Source: an uncultured cyanobacterium (GTDB lineage Bacteria; Cyanobacteriota; Cyanobacteriia; Cyanobacteriales; Nostocaceae). From it: a stretch of DNA of 64,000 bases. Both the position numbers and the translations under genes were made by a program. This document shows positions 19,055 to 30,995 of this stretch, in pieces. The notes beneath the pieces are model-generated. The model saw only the letters and a list, made by a program, of their open reading frames with translations, had not been told where the DNA came from and did no database searches. Every line of letters begins with the position of its first letter. Position 1 is the first letter of the stretch. Location of the stretch: assembly GCA_963772205.1 (NCBI GenBank), contig CAVYXS010000258.1, forward strand, positions 16,325 through 80,324. The letters run 5' to 3'.

Positions 19055-20779
19055 ATGGCACTACCTGTTGTGTCTGTCCTGATGAAGAAAAAAAAGAAAC
19101 CGTCTCTGGTGCTGACACTCTCTGCTGCTGGATTATTGATTGGCGCAGGAAGTGCAGCATACTGGTTTTTCACCCAGGGACAACCATTTGCTAGAGATTT
19201 ACCAGTAGGTGCAAATATTATTCCTCAAGATGCGCTGTTTGCGGTTTCCCTCAGCACAGATCCTCAACAATGGCAGAAATTGCGGGAATTGGGCACAAAA
19301 GAGACTCAAGCCGAAATAGATAAAAATTTAGTGCAGCTGCGCGATCGCTTTTTGACTAATAATGGCTATGACTTCCAAAAAGATATTCAACCTTGGGTAG
19401 GCAATGAAGTGACAATCGCCATTCTTACGCCCCAAGTCAGTCAACCCGCACCCAAACCAGTAGCCACTGATATAACTCCTGATAGTAGTCAACAGTCGAT
19501 GGTGATGGTGCTGCCAATTAACAACCTAGAAAAAGCCAAGAGCATTTTAACACAACCCAAAGCCCCTAATCAAGGCAAATGGATTGACCGCACATATCAG
19601 GGTTTTGCCATTAAACAAACCGATGGACAAACTGGATCGAACCTTTCAACAACATTAATAGATGGGCGCTTCCTCGTCATTACCGATAATCCCAAAGCCA
19701 CAGAACGAGCAATTGACGCTTATAAAAATCAAACATCCCTAGCCACTACAGGCGGATTTGCTGAGAATTTTCCCAAAATTGCCAACTATCAACCATTTGC
19801 CCAGTTTTATATCAATGTACCCTCAGCAGCGAAAATAGCAGATACCTCTCCCAATCACCATTTACCTGCTCAAGTATTGGCTCAACTGCAGAATAACCAA
19901 GGTTTAGCGGGAACAATTACCTTAGAACCCGAAGGAATCCGCTTAAAAGGCATTTCTTGGCTCAATCCCAATAGTCAGCGAGTGCTGACGGTGGAAAACA
20001 AAGCTGGAAGAATGCAAAACCGCGTACCAGCAGAAACCTTGATGATGCTTTCTGGTGGAAACTTACAGCATTTGTGGGCAGACTATATTTTAACATCCCA
20101 AGGAAATCCCCTCTCACCAATCACACCAGAACAGCTACGAAGTGGTGTGAAATCCCTGACAAATCTGGATTTAGACAGGGATTTGCTCAGTTGGATGAAA
20201 GGCGAGTTTTCTATTTCAGTGATTCCCAATACACCCAAACCAGGCTCATCAGAAAATTTTCGTGCAGGGTTCCTCTTTATGGTACAGGCAAGCGATCGCT
20301 CTTCAGCTGAAGCATCCTTAAAACGCCTAGATGACGTAATGAAAAATCAATATCAGTTCCAGATTCAACCGGGAATAGTGACAGATAAACCCGTTGTTAA
20401 CTGGATTGGGCCTTTTGGTACTTTAACTGCTACCCACGGCTGGTTAGATGGAGATGTCGCCTTCTTGGTAGTGGGCGCTCCCATCGCGGATAAAATTATC
20501 CCCGATCCTAATCATACACTAGCTAGCACTATGTCATTTCAACAAACTGTCCCGACAGAACCCAATCCCACAAATGGTCAATTTTTTCTCGATGTCGAAC
20601 GCACAGCGAAAAATTTCCCCCTCCCGATTTTAATTCCCAATCAACAAACTTGGTTAGCTGCAACTCGTTCAATTGGGGTGACAACATCTGTTAACGACAG
20701 TCGCAGTAACCGCTACGACTTGTTTATCTCGCTGAAAAAAGTTGACACCTCAGCCCCCTTACCCAGTCCACAGAAGTAA
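19055..20779 (+). CDS. DUF3352-like membrane-anchored hypothetical protein
   Basis: N-terminal Lys-rich segment and TM helix (SLVLTLSAAGLLIGAGSAAYWFF), 574 aa. Consistent with a conserved cyanobacterial hypothetical protein family; domain assignment is from memory. Confidence 0.55.
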   Translation: MALPVVSVLMKKKKKPSLVLTLSAAGLLIGAGSAAYWFFTQGQPFARDLPVGANIIPQDALFAVSLSTDPQQWQKLRELGTKETQAEIDKNLVQLRDRFLTNNGYDFQKDIQPWVGNEVTIAILTPQVSQPAPKPVATDITPDSSQQSMVMVLPINNLEKAKSILTQPKAPNQGKWIDRTYQGFAIKQTDGQTGSNLSTTLIDGRFLVITDNPKATERAIDAYKNQTSLATTGGFAENFPKIANYQPFAQFYINVPSAAKIADTSPNHHLPAQVLAQLQNNQGLAGTITLEPEGIRLKGISWLNPNSQRVLTVENKAGRMQNRVPAETLMMLSGGNLQHLWADYILTSQGNPLSPITPEQLRSGVKSLTNLDLDRDLLSWMKGEFSISVIPNTPKPGSSENFRAGFLFMVQASDRSSAEASLKRLDDVMKNQYQFQIQPGIVTDKPVVNWIGPFGTLTATHGWLDGDVAFLVVGAPIADKIIPDPNHTLASTMSFQQTVPTEPNPTNGQFFLDVERTAKNFPLPILIPNQQTWLAATRSIGVTTSVNDSRSNRYDLFISLKKVDTSAPLPSPQK

Positions 20780-21389
20780 GCAAATGCGGGGTGGGGTTCC
20801 GGATATGCTGTAAGGGACTTGCAAATAAAAAAACATCCAAATTTTCCGGGAGCATCCCAAATCTGTAAATTTATTTTTTTGTAGTAGTGATGGCTCTCTA
20901 GCCCGCTTACTGGACATTAGTATTGGGACATTAGGGAGCAAGATGCTCCCACTACAAATTTTCTTTTGGCAAAATTGGGATGCTCCCAATTTTCCTGTGG
21001 GGTGGGCGTCTCGCCGCCCGTAGCCTATGGCTGGATGTCCACCCCACAAGATGGAATAATTTATAGCAGTTATCGGTTGAGTTCAATACACTCGTAAGGG
21101 CACGGCAATTTTCCCTACATGCGACGATATAATTTTCTATTGCATCCAACTGAGAACAGCTATATTTCTTGGTAATCTCTAATTGCTTGCAAACAAGAAC
21201 ATTCCTATTTTGCACCCCAAAATTTAAGCTTTGAACTCGGAATGTCAAGTTTTAGACTCAAACACCCAAGCTCAAAGCTATAATTTTCCAAATCTGAGGC
21301 AGAATTACCGGGATATTTACGCGACTCTCGATGCGGATAACGGCACTTTGTGAGATAGCAGGGTAAATCTGCGCTCAAATTGATGGAAA

Positions 21390-23045
21390 TTAGTTTTTAC
21401 TTTTGAAAGACTCTAACCAATTTTGGACTTGTTCACGGGCAATATCGCGACCACCCAGACCAAAAGCTAGGGCAATAGCAACTGCGATCGCACCTAATAA
21501 TAGTCCAAAAGCTAAATTCACAATATCAGGAGCAACCCCGATTTGTTGGAGTGCCATTGCAGACACTAAAGCAATGATAGATATCCGTGCTACTTGACCC
21601 AAAATTCTTGCTTGGGAATCGCCGGAACTGGTAATGATATTAAAAGCGAGATTTGCCAAAAACAAGCCAATGGCAAATACTACTAATCCAGCTAAAATCC
21701 GCCCAATGATGACTAAAATCCCAGTTACCAGCACTGTCAGCGCCGGAATATTCAGGATATTGACAGCCGCCACAGTCGCAAATAACAAGATACCAACTAA
21801 GACGATAACGCCAACAATTTCTGATGGAGTGTAAGTTGGTGCTGGTGCTGTTGTTCCTTCTTCGTCAGAGAATGCTGATTCCCTTTTGGGTACTGGTAAA
21901 CCCAAGATATGGAAAATATTGTTAAAGCCAATACTTGTGAGGATGCTGGTAACCAGATCCGCCACAAATCGCCCCAAGAAATAGGCAAAAATCAAAATAC
22001 CTGCAGCGGTAAAGATTCCCGGTAAGGCATTGAGAATCTGTTGTAGCGCAGCAATTGCGGGGACTGAGATCGCATCAATTTTTAAAGCATTCAGCGCCGC
22101 GATCGCTACAGGAATCAAAATCAAAATATAGACCAGCAAGCCTATAATATTCGATAGAGATTGCGCTCCGGCAGATGGAGACAGTCCAAACCGACTCCCA
22201 AAATGGTCAATCCCCGTTGTTGCTAGCAAGTTGCTCACAATCCGGCGGACAATATTTGCCAAAAACCAGCCAACTACGCCAATTACTGTCGCTCCAAGAA
22301 TATTTGGCAGAATTGACAGAATCTGTGTAGTCAGAGCTTGTACTGGTTGTAGTGCTTCTTTTAGCCCCAGACTATCGAGAAGTGGGACAAGAAACAGCAA
22401 AAAGATGAACCAGTAAAGCGCAGTGCTAATAGTTTCACTGACAGACAACTGATTGACACTGGGTGTACCGTCTTGTGTTTGTTGATTTAACTGCTCATCT
22501 AGTCTCGCTGCTTGTAGCGCACGTAACGTCACCAGCTTGACGACGGTGGCTAATAACCAAGCAACTCCCAAAATAATTCCTGCACCAAGCAACTTTGGCA
22601 AATAGCCAACAATTTGATTGAGAAAACTATTGAGGGGTTGAGAGGCTACCTGTAGCCCTAGCTTCTCTAAAACAGCTACCACCGTCAACAGAGTGATGCT
22701 CCAAAAGGCTAAACCGGAGATCAATTGCTCCACCTGGGGAACATTGTCTCGGCCTGTCAATCCTGAAGCAATACGGTTATCTATGTCTGTGCGATTGAGG
22801 ATTCCCCTGATAACTGCTGCAACAATTGCAGCAATCACCAACCCAATAAATAAAATTGCTATTGCTTCCAGCAACCGGGGGGTAGACGCCAATAGCTGAT
22901 CAACAATTCCTTGCACACCTGCAATTCCTTGCTTTCCACCAGGTGGATCAGTCGGTAGAGGTGACGATTGCGCCAACAATTTTTGCACCCTCATCGACAA
23001 ATCAACTTCCATCACCTGAGTTATTCCTGGCCAAGTTGTGTTCAT
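21390..23045 (-). CDS. mechanosensitive channel-like membrane protein with repeated conserved TM-helix (MscS-associated) motifs
   Basis: 551 aa, multiple hydrophobic helices with repeated motif (…LLEAIAILFIGLVIAAIVAAVIRGILNRTD…; …ILGQVARISIIALVSAMALQQIGVAPDIVN…). Confidence 0.55.
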   Translation of the reverse strand: MNTTWPGITQVMEVDLSMRVQKLLAQSSPLPTDPPGGKQGIAGVQGIVDQLLASTPRLLEAIAILFIGLVIAAIVAAVIRGILNRTDIDNRIASGLTGRDNVPQVEQLISGLAFWSITLLTVVAVLEKLGLQVASQPLNSFLNQIVGYLPKLLGAGIILGVAWLLATVVKLVTLRALQAARLDEQLNQQTQDGTPSVNQLSVSETISTALYWFIFLLFLVPLLDSLGLKEALQPVQALTTQILSILPNILGATVIGVVGWFLANIVRRIVSNLLATTGIDHFGSRFGLSPSAGAQSLSNIIGLLVYILILIPVAIAALNALKIDAISVPAIAALQQILNALPGIFTAAGILIFAYFLGRFVADLVTSILTSIGFNNIFHILGLPVPKRESAFSDEEGTTAPAPTYTPSEIVGVIVLVGILLFATVAAVNILNIPALTVLVTGILVIIGRILAGLVVFAIGLFLANLAFNIITSSGDSQARILGQVARISIIALVSAMALQQIGVAPDIVNLAFGLLLGAIAVAIALAFGLGGRDIAREQVQNWLESFKSKN

Positions 23046-23510
23046 GGTTTTCTGGAATTAAGGTTAAGTCTTCGCCGAAAACACCTGAGATTTTACTAGA
23101 GTCGATTGTTTAACACAATCTGCACTCACATAAGCTCAATAGTGTTTTGTTTATCAACTTACCAGTAAAAACATTTATGACGCTGATATCAAGAGTAATT
23201 TTTTACTTTGTTAATTATCTTCGTGATTCAGCAGTCAATATTTGCCAAAAAAGAATTAGTTATATTTTTTTCGTCGAAACCCCGCCCCTAATAGACGAAT
23301 TTCTTACCCAAGACCTCTTGCAAAAGTCTCCTAACACCCCACCCCCAACCCCTCCCCGTATACGGGGAGGGGAGACTTTGACGTAAGTCGAAGGCGGGGT
23401 GGGGTTCTTTGGTTTGATTTATGCAAGAGGTCTCCAGTAACCAGTACCGGGTTCCCAGTAGGCTTCATTTTAAGGTACTCTAAAGTGCAGCCAGAGTAAA
23501 AAAATGTAGA

Positions 23511-23957
23511 ATGTCCCAAGTTTTGGCACAATCGATTCAAATTAAAGCCACAGCTACAGTGGTGGAGCGTTGTATTACCGATCTCACCCTCATGCACCGC
23601 TGGCTTAACCCAGTTCTGTGCTGCGAACCTGTGGGTGAAGTTTGGAGTACCGCTGTGGGCAGTCAAAGTCGATTTATAATTGACATACCGATGATTAAAC
23701 CCACCCTCAACACCGTAGTCGTAGAACGACAACCGGGTTTAGTCGTCTGGGAATTTCAGGGCTTTTTTACAGGGCGCGATCGCTGGGAATGTCAACCAAT
23801 AGAAACAGGAACACACCTACTCAACCGCTTCGAGTTCGATATTCCTAATCCCCTAGTCCGTTGGGGTTTCAACACCTTTGCAGCCTCTTGGACTCAACAA
23901 GATATGCAAGCTCAACTAGGCCGACTCAAACGCCTAGCTGAAGAAGTACAACAATAG
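23511..23957 (+). CDS. SRPBCC (START/polyketide-cyclase-like) family protein
   Basis: 148 aa. Fold-family assignment from length and overall pattern; weak. Confidence 0.45.
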   Translation: MSQVLAQSIQIKATATVVERCITDLTLMHRWLNPVLCCEPVGEVWSTAVGSQSRFIIDIPMIKPTLNTVVVERQPGLVVWEFQGFFTGRDRWECQPIETGTHLLNRFEFDIPNPLVRWGFNTFAASWTQQDMQAQLGRLKRLAEEVQQ

Positions 23958-24127
23958 TCAGTTGTCAGTGCTGAGTCCTGAGTTTTCAACTGGAACCGCA
24001 AGGAGTCCCACACCGAAATCTCTGATTCGGTGTTGGGAGGAATTGCGGGCTTGTTTTGTTGCGTCCTGCGACCATTTTCTTGCACAGCAAGAAGAGGTAG
24101 GAGGACAGCGACAAAACAAGCAATCTT

Positions 24128-25225
24128 TTATGCTTTTACACATAGCTTTGTACTCCGTTTGATAAGTTGAACTTTTGCTGGGCTGAATTGCCCAATTCTG
24201 CGCCAGTTGTGGTCATACACAGAAACATTTTTAGTTTTTGGAGTCTGCGTATAGCCACCAATCCAGCCAATATAAAATTTACCCGCTTTTTCAGCTTTCA
24301 CTAAGTCACCAGAACGTAATCCGAATGGCGTAATTGTTCCACCTTTGCGCTTTCTGTTGCCAGGAATATCTTTAACAGGGTTCTCGAAATGAAGCTGACG
24401 ACGGAATAGATTTGGACGCGCAATTATGCGGAATGGTGCAGGTGTAATAGCAACGAATCCTACCCAGCGATGTCCCCGACTATTAGCAGTGTGGAATTTC
24501 TCAAACCGCATGAAGTTGCTAGATGCTAATGCAATCCCGTCATGAGCATGAGTCTCTGGAGTTTGTTTTGATTTGTCTTTCTTGTCTTTAGATAATCCTA
24601 ATTGCTGCCTGAGTATTGAAGTCTGCCACCCTTCTTGTGTATTGGTTGGTACAATTTCACAGAGCCATTCCAGCATCACTTTTTGACCAACCATCACAGG
24701 ACTAAAACCTTTGTCGCCTTTCGCTTTGATGTATTCGTAGGTGATTTGAGTTACAGGAAATAATTTGACTAATTCTTTGGTAATTCGTAATTCTAATTCC
24801 TTGTTAGCGCGAATACTGGGAGGCAATTTATTCTGTTTGCGGTTGTTAAACCTTTTTTGACGGTGCGCCCTTTGATTAAACGTTACTTTGCGATTTATCC
24901 TTCTACCTCGTCTAGCACGTCTCAATAATCGTCTACCATCCATCTTTTTGGTGACATCTGAAAATGGCAATATTAGATGTGCCATAAATAATGTGAATTT
25001 AACAGACTGGACACCAACGCCAGTAAACTTTTTACCAGGGTCTAATCCCAAAGCTATTGATTGAGTGTCATAACCAGACGGTTCCACTAATAGCTGAATG
25101 CCAAAAATATTGAGGTCATTCTGTACAATCTTGGCTTTACCTTCCTTAAGCCAACGTCTAGCTCTACTGGCTTTTGTTGGCATCATGGGTTTACCGTTTT
25201 TATCTAACACTGGAACACGAATCAT
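24128..25225 (-). CDS. isrB: IsrB-like OMEGA RNA-guided nickase (IscB homolog lacking the HNH domain, IS200/IS605 superfamily)
   Basis: N-terminal RRXRR/PLMP domain MIRVPVLDKNGKPMMPTKASRARRWLKEGKAKIV; RuvC-I IALGLDPGKKFTGVGV; Arg-rich bridge helix RRLLRRARRGRRINRKVTFNQRAHRQKRFNNRK; RuvC-II ITYEYIKA; RuvC-III THAHDGIALASS. No CxxC…H…N HNH insertion between RuvC-II and III. 365 aa. Confidence 0.8.
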   Translation of the reverse strand: MIRVPVLDKNGKPMMPTKASRARRWLKEGKAKIVQNDLNIFGIQLLVEPSGYDTQSIALGLDPGKKFTGVGVQSVKFTLFMAHLILPFSDVTKKMDGRRLLRRARRGRRINRKVTFNQRAHRQKRFNNRKQNKLPPSIRANKELELRITKELVKLFPVTQITYEYIKAKGDKGFSPVMVGQKVMLEWLCEIVPTNTQEGWQTSILRQQLGLSKDKKDKSKQTPETHAHDGIALASSNFMRFEKFHTANSRGHRWVGFVAITPAPFRIIARPNLFRRQLHFENPVKDIPGNRKRKGGTITPFGLRSGDLVKAEKAGKFYIGWIGGYTQTPKTKNVSVYDHNWRRIGQFSPAKVQLIKRSTKLCVKA

Positions 25226-25451
25226 GGAGATAATCCTCTCGTGTAAGTTGTAAGTCCCTTAGCTCACCATTACCAAAATGTCCTTTCTGCAAGCACCACT
25301 AATCAGATGGTTTGTAAATAATCCAGACTCGGGAAACATCTGGAAGTACGTATCAGGTAATGGCTTGTGAGCAGTAGTCATCTCTTAGTTGCAAGCTGAT
25401 TCTTGCAAGCCTACACTGCACCGGAGGTCAGTGTAGGTAGTTGACTTGTCC
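25226..25451 (-). ncRNA. candidate omega-RNA (guide RNA scaffold) of the IsrB element
   Basis: Immediately 5' of isrB on the same strand. Minus-strand sequence has strong hairpins (CCTACACTG-N10-CAGTGTAGG; CTTGCAAGaatcagCTTGCAAG) and a long-range helix GCTCAC…CCATTACC / GGTAATGG-TGAGC. This is the usual omega-RNA position for IscB/IsrB. Confidence 0.5.
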
Positions 25452-26270
25452 TCATCCCCCAATCTCCACAAGCAGCCGATTAATGACAACCGCATCATCG
25501 GCGTTAGGAACCTGAGCCAGATAAGTTTGGAAGTCCTCAGCCGCTTGGGAATAATGACCAAGTTGATAGTAAAGAAGCCCGCGATCGCGCAATTCTATGC
25601 TGACATCAGGAAACAGCAGCAAAATGCGTTCCACCGCCGCGAGACTTTTTAATAAATTCTGCTGTTTGAGGTAAATATATTTTAAATTCGTCAGCATCCG
25701 TGCTAAAAACTGCCGATTACTCACCGTGGCTAAAAATTCCGGTTTTAGTGTCACAGGTTGCTGAAACATTCGCGAAAGCCGTTCTTGACAATCTTGTGGA
25801 AATATGACCTCACCTCGATTAAATGCATCAACAAAAATTTCCACATCGCAAATATCTGGGCGAATCAAGAAATGACCAGGCATTCCCACCCCCACCATCG
25901 GAAAACCAATTCGTCGAGACACTTCCAGATAAACCAGCGCCAAAGTAATTGGAATTCCCAGCCGACGGTCAATTACATCATTAAAAAAGCTATTGCGAGG
26001 GTCGTAGTAGTCTGTTTTATTCCCAGAAAACCCCAAATCTTCGTAGATATATTTATTGATACATTTAATCACCCGCAACGGGTAGCGCGACTCAGGCAAG
26101 CGTTCTTCTAGTTCCACTGCCATTGTATCCAGTCCATGAATGTATTCTTCTGGATCAAGGTCGGGATATTCTTCTTGAGCAATATACAAAGCTGCCTTTG
26201 CAAAGTCAATATGCTCGTCAGGTTGCTGAATTTCCTGGTAAAAATATTGTCTCGCTGACGAGAAATTCAT
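25452..26270 (-). CDS. SirB1/transglutaminase-like family protein with C-terminal TPR-like region (UPF0162)
   Basis: 272 aa, motif GFPMVGVGMPGHFLIRP typical of the transglutaminase-like/SirB1 family. Confidence 0.6.
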   Translation of the reverse strand: MNFSSARQYFYQEIQQPDEHIDFAKAALYIAQEEYPDLDPEEYIHGLDTMAVELEERLPESRYPLRVIKCINKYIYEDLGFSGNKTDYYDPRNSFFNDVIDRRLGIPITLALVYLEVSRRIGFPMVGVGMPGHFLIRPDICDVEIFVDAFNRGEVIFPQDCQERLSRMFQQPVTLKPEFLATVSNRQFLARMLTNLKYIYLKQQNLLKSLAAVERILLLFPDVSIELRDRGLLYYQLGHYSQAAEDFQTYLAQVPNADDAVVINRLLVEIGG

Positions 26271-27329
26271 AAGTAATTACTCAGTGGAGGTATGAAAGTG
26301 CAGCGGAAGCGTGTCAACCTTCAACACGGTTCGGTTAGTTTTTTGATTTTTCCAAGATACCTCCTACCCCTCTTAAAAAGGCTTGCTCTTTACCCCTTTT
26401 TAAGGGGGTCGCTGCAGGCGGGGGTATCTTATCCGAACTGTATTGGGTCAACTTTCATCTTAGGTAAATTCAGCGTCTTTGGAAATGTTTTATAAAGGTT
26501 TTACCTAATAAATCTATCTTTAGTATGAAACTTCTTTAATATCATGATTTTTCATTGACACAAGTCTAGATTTAGCTATCCCTTTGGCATGAATGCGGAA
26601 ATTGAAATACAGCACTTTGCAAGTAAATGAAGTACACCCTCCCCAATACATACGGGGAGGGTTAGGGTGGGGTATTTTTGTACCTCACCAACTCACAATC
26701 TGCTGTATTTTTGATTTTGCACAATGCCATTTTCAGAAGATGTATCCCACATCAAAGTCCAATGCCATAGGACTGGGCTTTTTCCCATCAGCAGGTTTTT
26801 TAAGTAAAATTACTTAAAATAATTACTTATAGAAGTAAGATTAAGTATTTTTTCAGTAACATCACAGCTATATTATGACCCCATAGTAGGTATAATTAAT
26901 TTTAATTAAGTTCAGTAATTTCTAAGTATATCAATTCTGATTGACGCACACAAAATATACATTCACTATTGCTGAATTCCTTTATCAGCCTTGATAAATA
27001 CAACTTTTCGTATCCAGTCCAGTTCGATAATTAATCCAAAAAATGTATTATTTGTATTAATTAAGCCCTAAACCCTTTTCATTTTATGAGTTGAGCAGGT
27101 AGGATTTATAAGTATGAGGGCGAGAAAAAAAACAAACCTTGCTCCCAACCGGAAAGACCAAAGCAATATAAATGACTTAAGTCGGATGTATTGCTAGCTG
27201 TCTCGGAAATAAATATCAAATTATCAAAACCAACCTTTAGTAAAGCTAGAGATGAGAACGCTCAAATTTAAATTCTCATTTTCAAGCAATTTTTTCCGCT
27301 GTTCAAAACTACCTTCTGGAGTACATTTC

Positions 27330-28040
27330 ATGGCTATTTTCGCAAAAAAGCTGGGTTCATTAATCGGTACGTTATCTGCTCTAACAGTATTACCAATAGC
27401 TTTTGCTAAACCAGCTTCAGCCACTTTAGTTTATGGTTCAAATATTGTCACCAACGGTAGCTTTGAAAATACACCTACACCTTTAAGCAATGGTACTTAC
27501 GGAGATTTTTCTTCCATTCAAGGATGGAACTTATTATCTGGTTCTTCCAGCAACGTTATTGAAGTACAAGATAACGTTGCTGGAAGTCCATTTGATGGTA
27601 ACAACTTTGTTGAATTAGATAGTACTGCCGTCACAGGTATTTACCAAACCTTGGCAACTACAATTGGCCAAACCTACCAAATTTCATTTGCTTTCTCACC
27701 ACGCGGAGGAACAGATGCAGCTCATAATATACTAAATGTCAATTGGGGAAATCAATCGGTTGCTTCTCTCACCGCCAATGGCGCCGGACTAAGTCTGAAA
27801 CAGACAGCGTGGAATACTTTCACTTATAACGTTGTTGCCACAAGTACAAGTACTATTCTAAGTTTTAATGACTTTGGCGCTGTATCCGATAGTTACGGTA
27901 CATATTTAGATGCCGTGAGTGTGACTACTGTCACATCTGTCCCCGAATCTGGTTCAATTATGGGTCTTCTAGCTTTTGGTGCTATTGGTGCTACTTCACT
28001 TCGCAAGCGCAAACACCAGAAAGTCACAATTCAAGCTTAA
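27330..28040 (+). CDS. secreted DUF642-like domain protein with C-terminal PEP-CTERM sorting signal
   Basis: Signal peptide MAIFAKKLGSLIGTLSALTVLPIAFAKPASA. C-terminus VPESGSIMGLLAFGAIGATSLRKRK (PEP-like motif + TM + basic tail). Start at internal ATG 27330 of ORF 27252..28040. Confidence 0.7.
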   Translation: MAIFAKKLGSLIGTLSALTVLPIAFAKPASATLVYGSNIVTNGSFENTPTPLSNGTYGDFSSIQGWNLLSGSSSNVIEVQDNVAGSPFDGNNFVELDSTAVTGIYQTLATTIGQTYQISFAFSPRGGTDAAHNILNVNWGNQSVASLTANGAGLSLKQTAWNTFTYNVVATSTSTILSFNDFGAVSDSYGTYLDAVSVTTVTSVPESGSIMGLLAFGAIGATSLRKRKHQKVTIQA

Positions 28041-28175
28041 GTTTCTTGTCAACGTCAACCTCCATAACTGCCGTGTCTTGCTCTAGACACGGCATTTTTT
28101 TAGTAGTGAGCGATTTATCGCTCTTTAAAGCACTTTAGTGCTTCAAAACCCACCGATTTTAGTCCTAACTGCGAA

Positions 28176-28287
28176 CTATAGCGGTTATCGGTTGAGTCCA
28201 ATACACTCGTAAGGGCACGGCACTGCCGTGCCCCTACACCGGACGATATGATTTGTAAGGCATCCAACTGAGAACCACTATATCGAC
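28176..28287. mobile_element. ~110-bp MITE (CTATAGCGGTT…GGGCACGGCACTGCCGTGCCC…CCACTATAT family)
   Basis: Other copies at 33059-33167, 52742-52845, 21062-21165 (degenerate) and 41916-42010, with fragments at 56117-56172 and 45580-45660. The central palindrome occurs at many gene 3' ends. Confidence 0.7.
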
Positions 28288-28491
28288 TTGGGGCATAGCC
28301 CAAACACGGCATTGGGACCATTCATGCGCCATGCGCCATGACGCCACATGCTTTCCGACGCAAGGCGACAGGAACGCAGGGCTGCCCCCATGCCCATGCC
28401 TATTATTAATTTATGGTAGAGAGTGGGGTCGTTCAGTGCTAACCTGAGAGATGACATTACTTGATCTTATGTCTTTTACAGCCCTATCTGA

Positions 28492-29967
<1,476 letters not shown>

Positions 29968-30177
29968 TCATTAGTCATGAGACTTCTTGCACAAATCAAA
30001 AAAAGAACCCCACCCCGCCTTTGACACAAGTCAAAGTCTCCTCTCCCCCCTTGTGGGGACGGGCTGGGGGCTAGCTGTTATGGTGCTTTTGCAAGAAGTC
30101 TATTTATTAGTCATTAGTTCAAGTGCTAATAACTAATGACAAATTAGAACAGACAAAGGACAAAGGACAAAAGACAA

Positions 30178-30591
30178 ATGACATTAACCGTCCGTGTAAT
30201 TTCTCCAGACAAAACCGTCTGGGATGCCGAAGCAGAAGAAGTAGTTTTACCCAGCACCACCGGTCAGCTAGGTATTCTCACTGGACACGCGCCACTTTTG
30301 ACCGCCTTGGATACAGGTGTCATGCGAGTACGTGCCAGCAAAAATCAGAATTGGCAAGCGATCGCTCTTTTGGGTGGTTTTGCCGAAGTCGAAGAAAATG
30401 AAGTCACAATTCTGGTTAACGGTGCGGAACGTGGCGACGCTATTAACCTTGAGGAAGCTCGTACTGCTTTCAACGCAGCACAAACAGCCCTAAATCAGGT
30501 AGCAGCAGACAATCGCCAAGCACAATTCCAGGCAAATCAGGCCTTCAAACGCGCTCGCGCTCGCTTTCAAGCTGCAGGCGGCTCGGTCTAA
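30178..30591 (+). CDS. atpC: ATP synthase F1 epsilon subunit
   Basis: [44 protein letters not shown]. Directly follows the beta subunit. Confidence 0.9.
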   Translation: MTLTVRVISPDKTVWDAEAEEVVLPSTTGQLGILTGHAPLLTALDTGVMRVRASKNQNWQAIALLGGFAEVEENEVTILVNGAERGDAINLEEARTAFNAAQTALNQVAADNRQAQFQANQAFKRARARFQAAGGSV

Positions 30592-30995
30592 AATTTTATT
30601 ATAGATGTATCTAGCTCCAGGGCACGGCATTGCCGTGCCCCTACCAATCTATTTGTATCATCATTAAAGTCAAACAGTATTAGAAGTTATTCCCCCCATC
30701 TCTCCCTAAAATTAATCTTGCTAACAAAATTACACTAAGTTTAAGAAAACTGACATCGCCAAAGTGTAGTGATAACTTAGATAATTAGTTGCCCAAAAGG
30801 CACACATTATGGAAAGTTATTCATGTTCCCTTGGTAAGCGTCATCAGAATAAATTGGGTCATATTGCAGCGTCTGTCGTCGGTACATTAGCACTAGCTAT
30901 AAGTATTAATTCTGCCAATGCTACTCCAGTAAAAACAACTACTGCAAAAGAAATTACCCCCGTATCAGTTCAACTAAATCAGACAAAACCAGTCA

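Noticed and set aside
26290-26420. Small ORF 26292..26495 and hairpin CCCCTT-TTT-AAGGGG as a gene/terminator
   Set aside because: The ORF has no features and overlaps a repeat-derived hairpin. No U-tract follows the hairpin on either strand.
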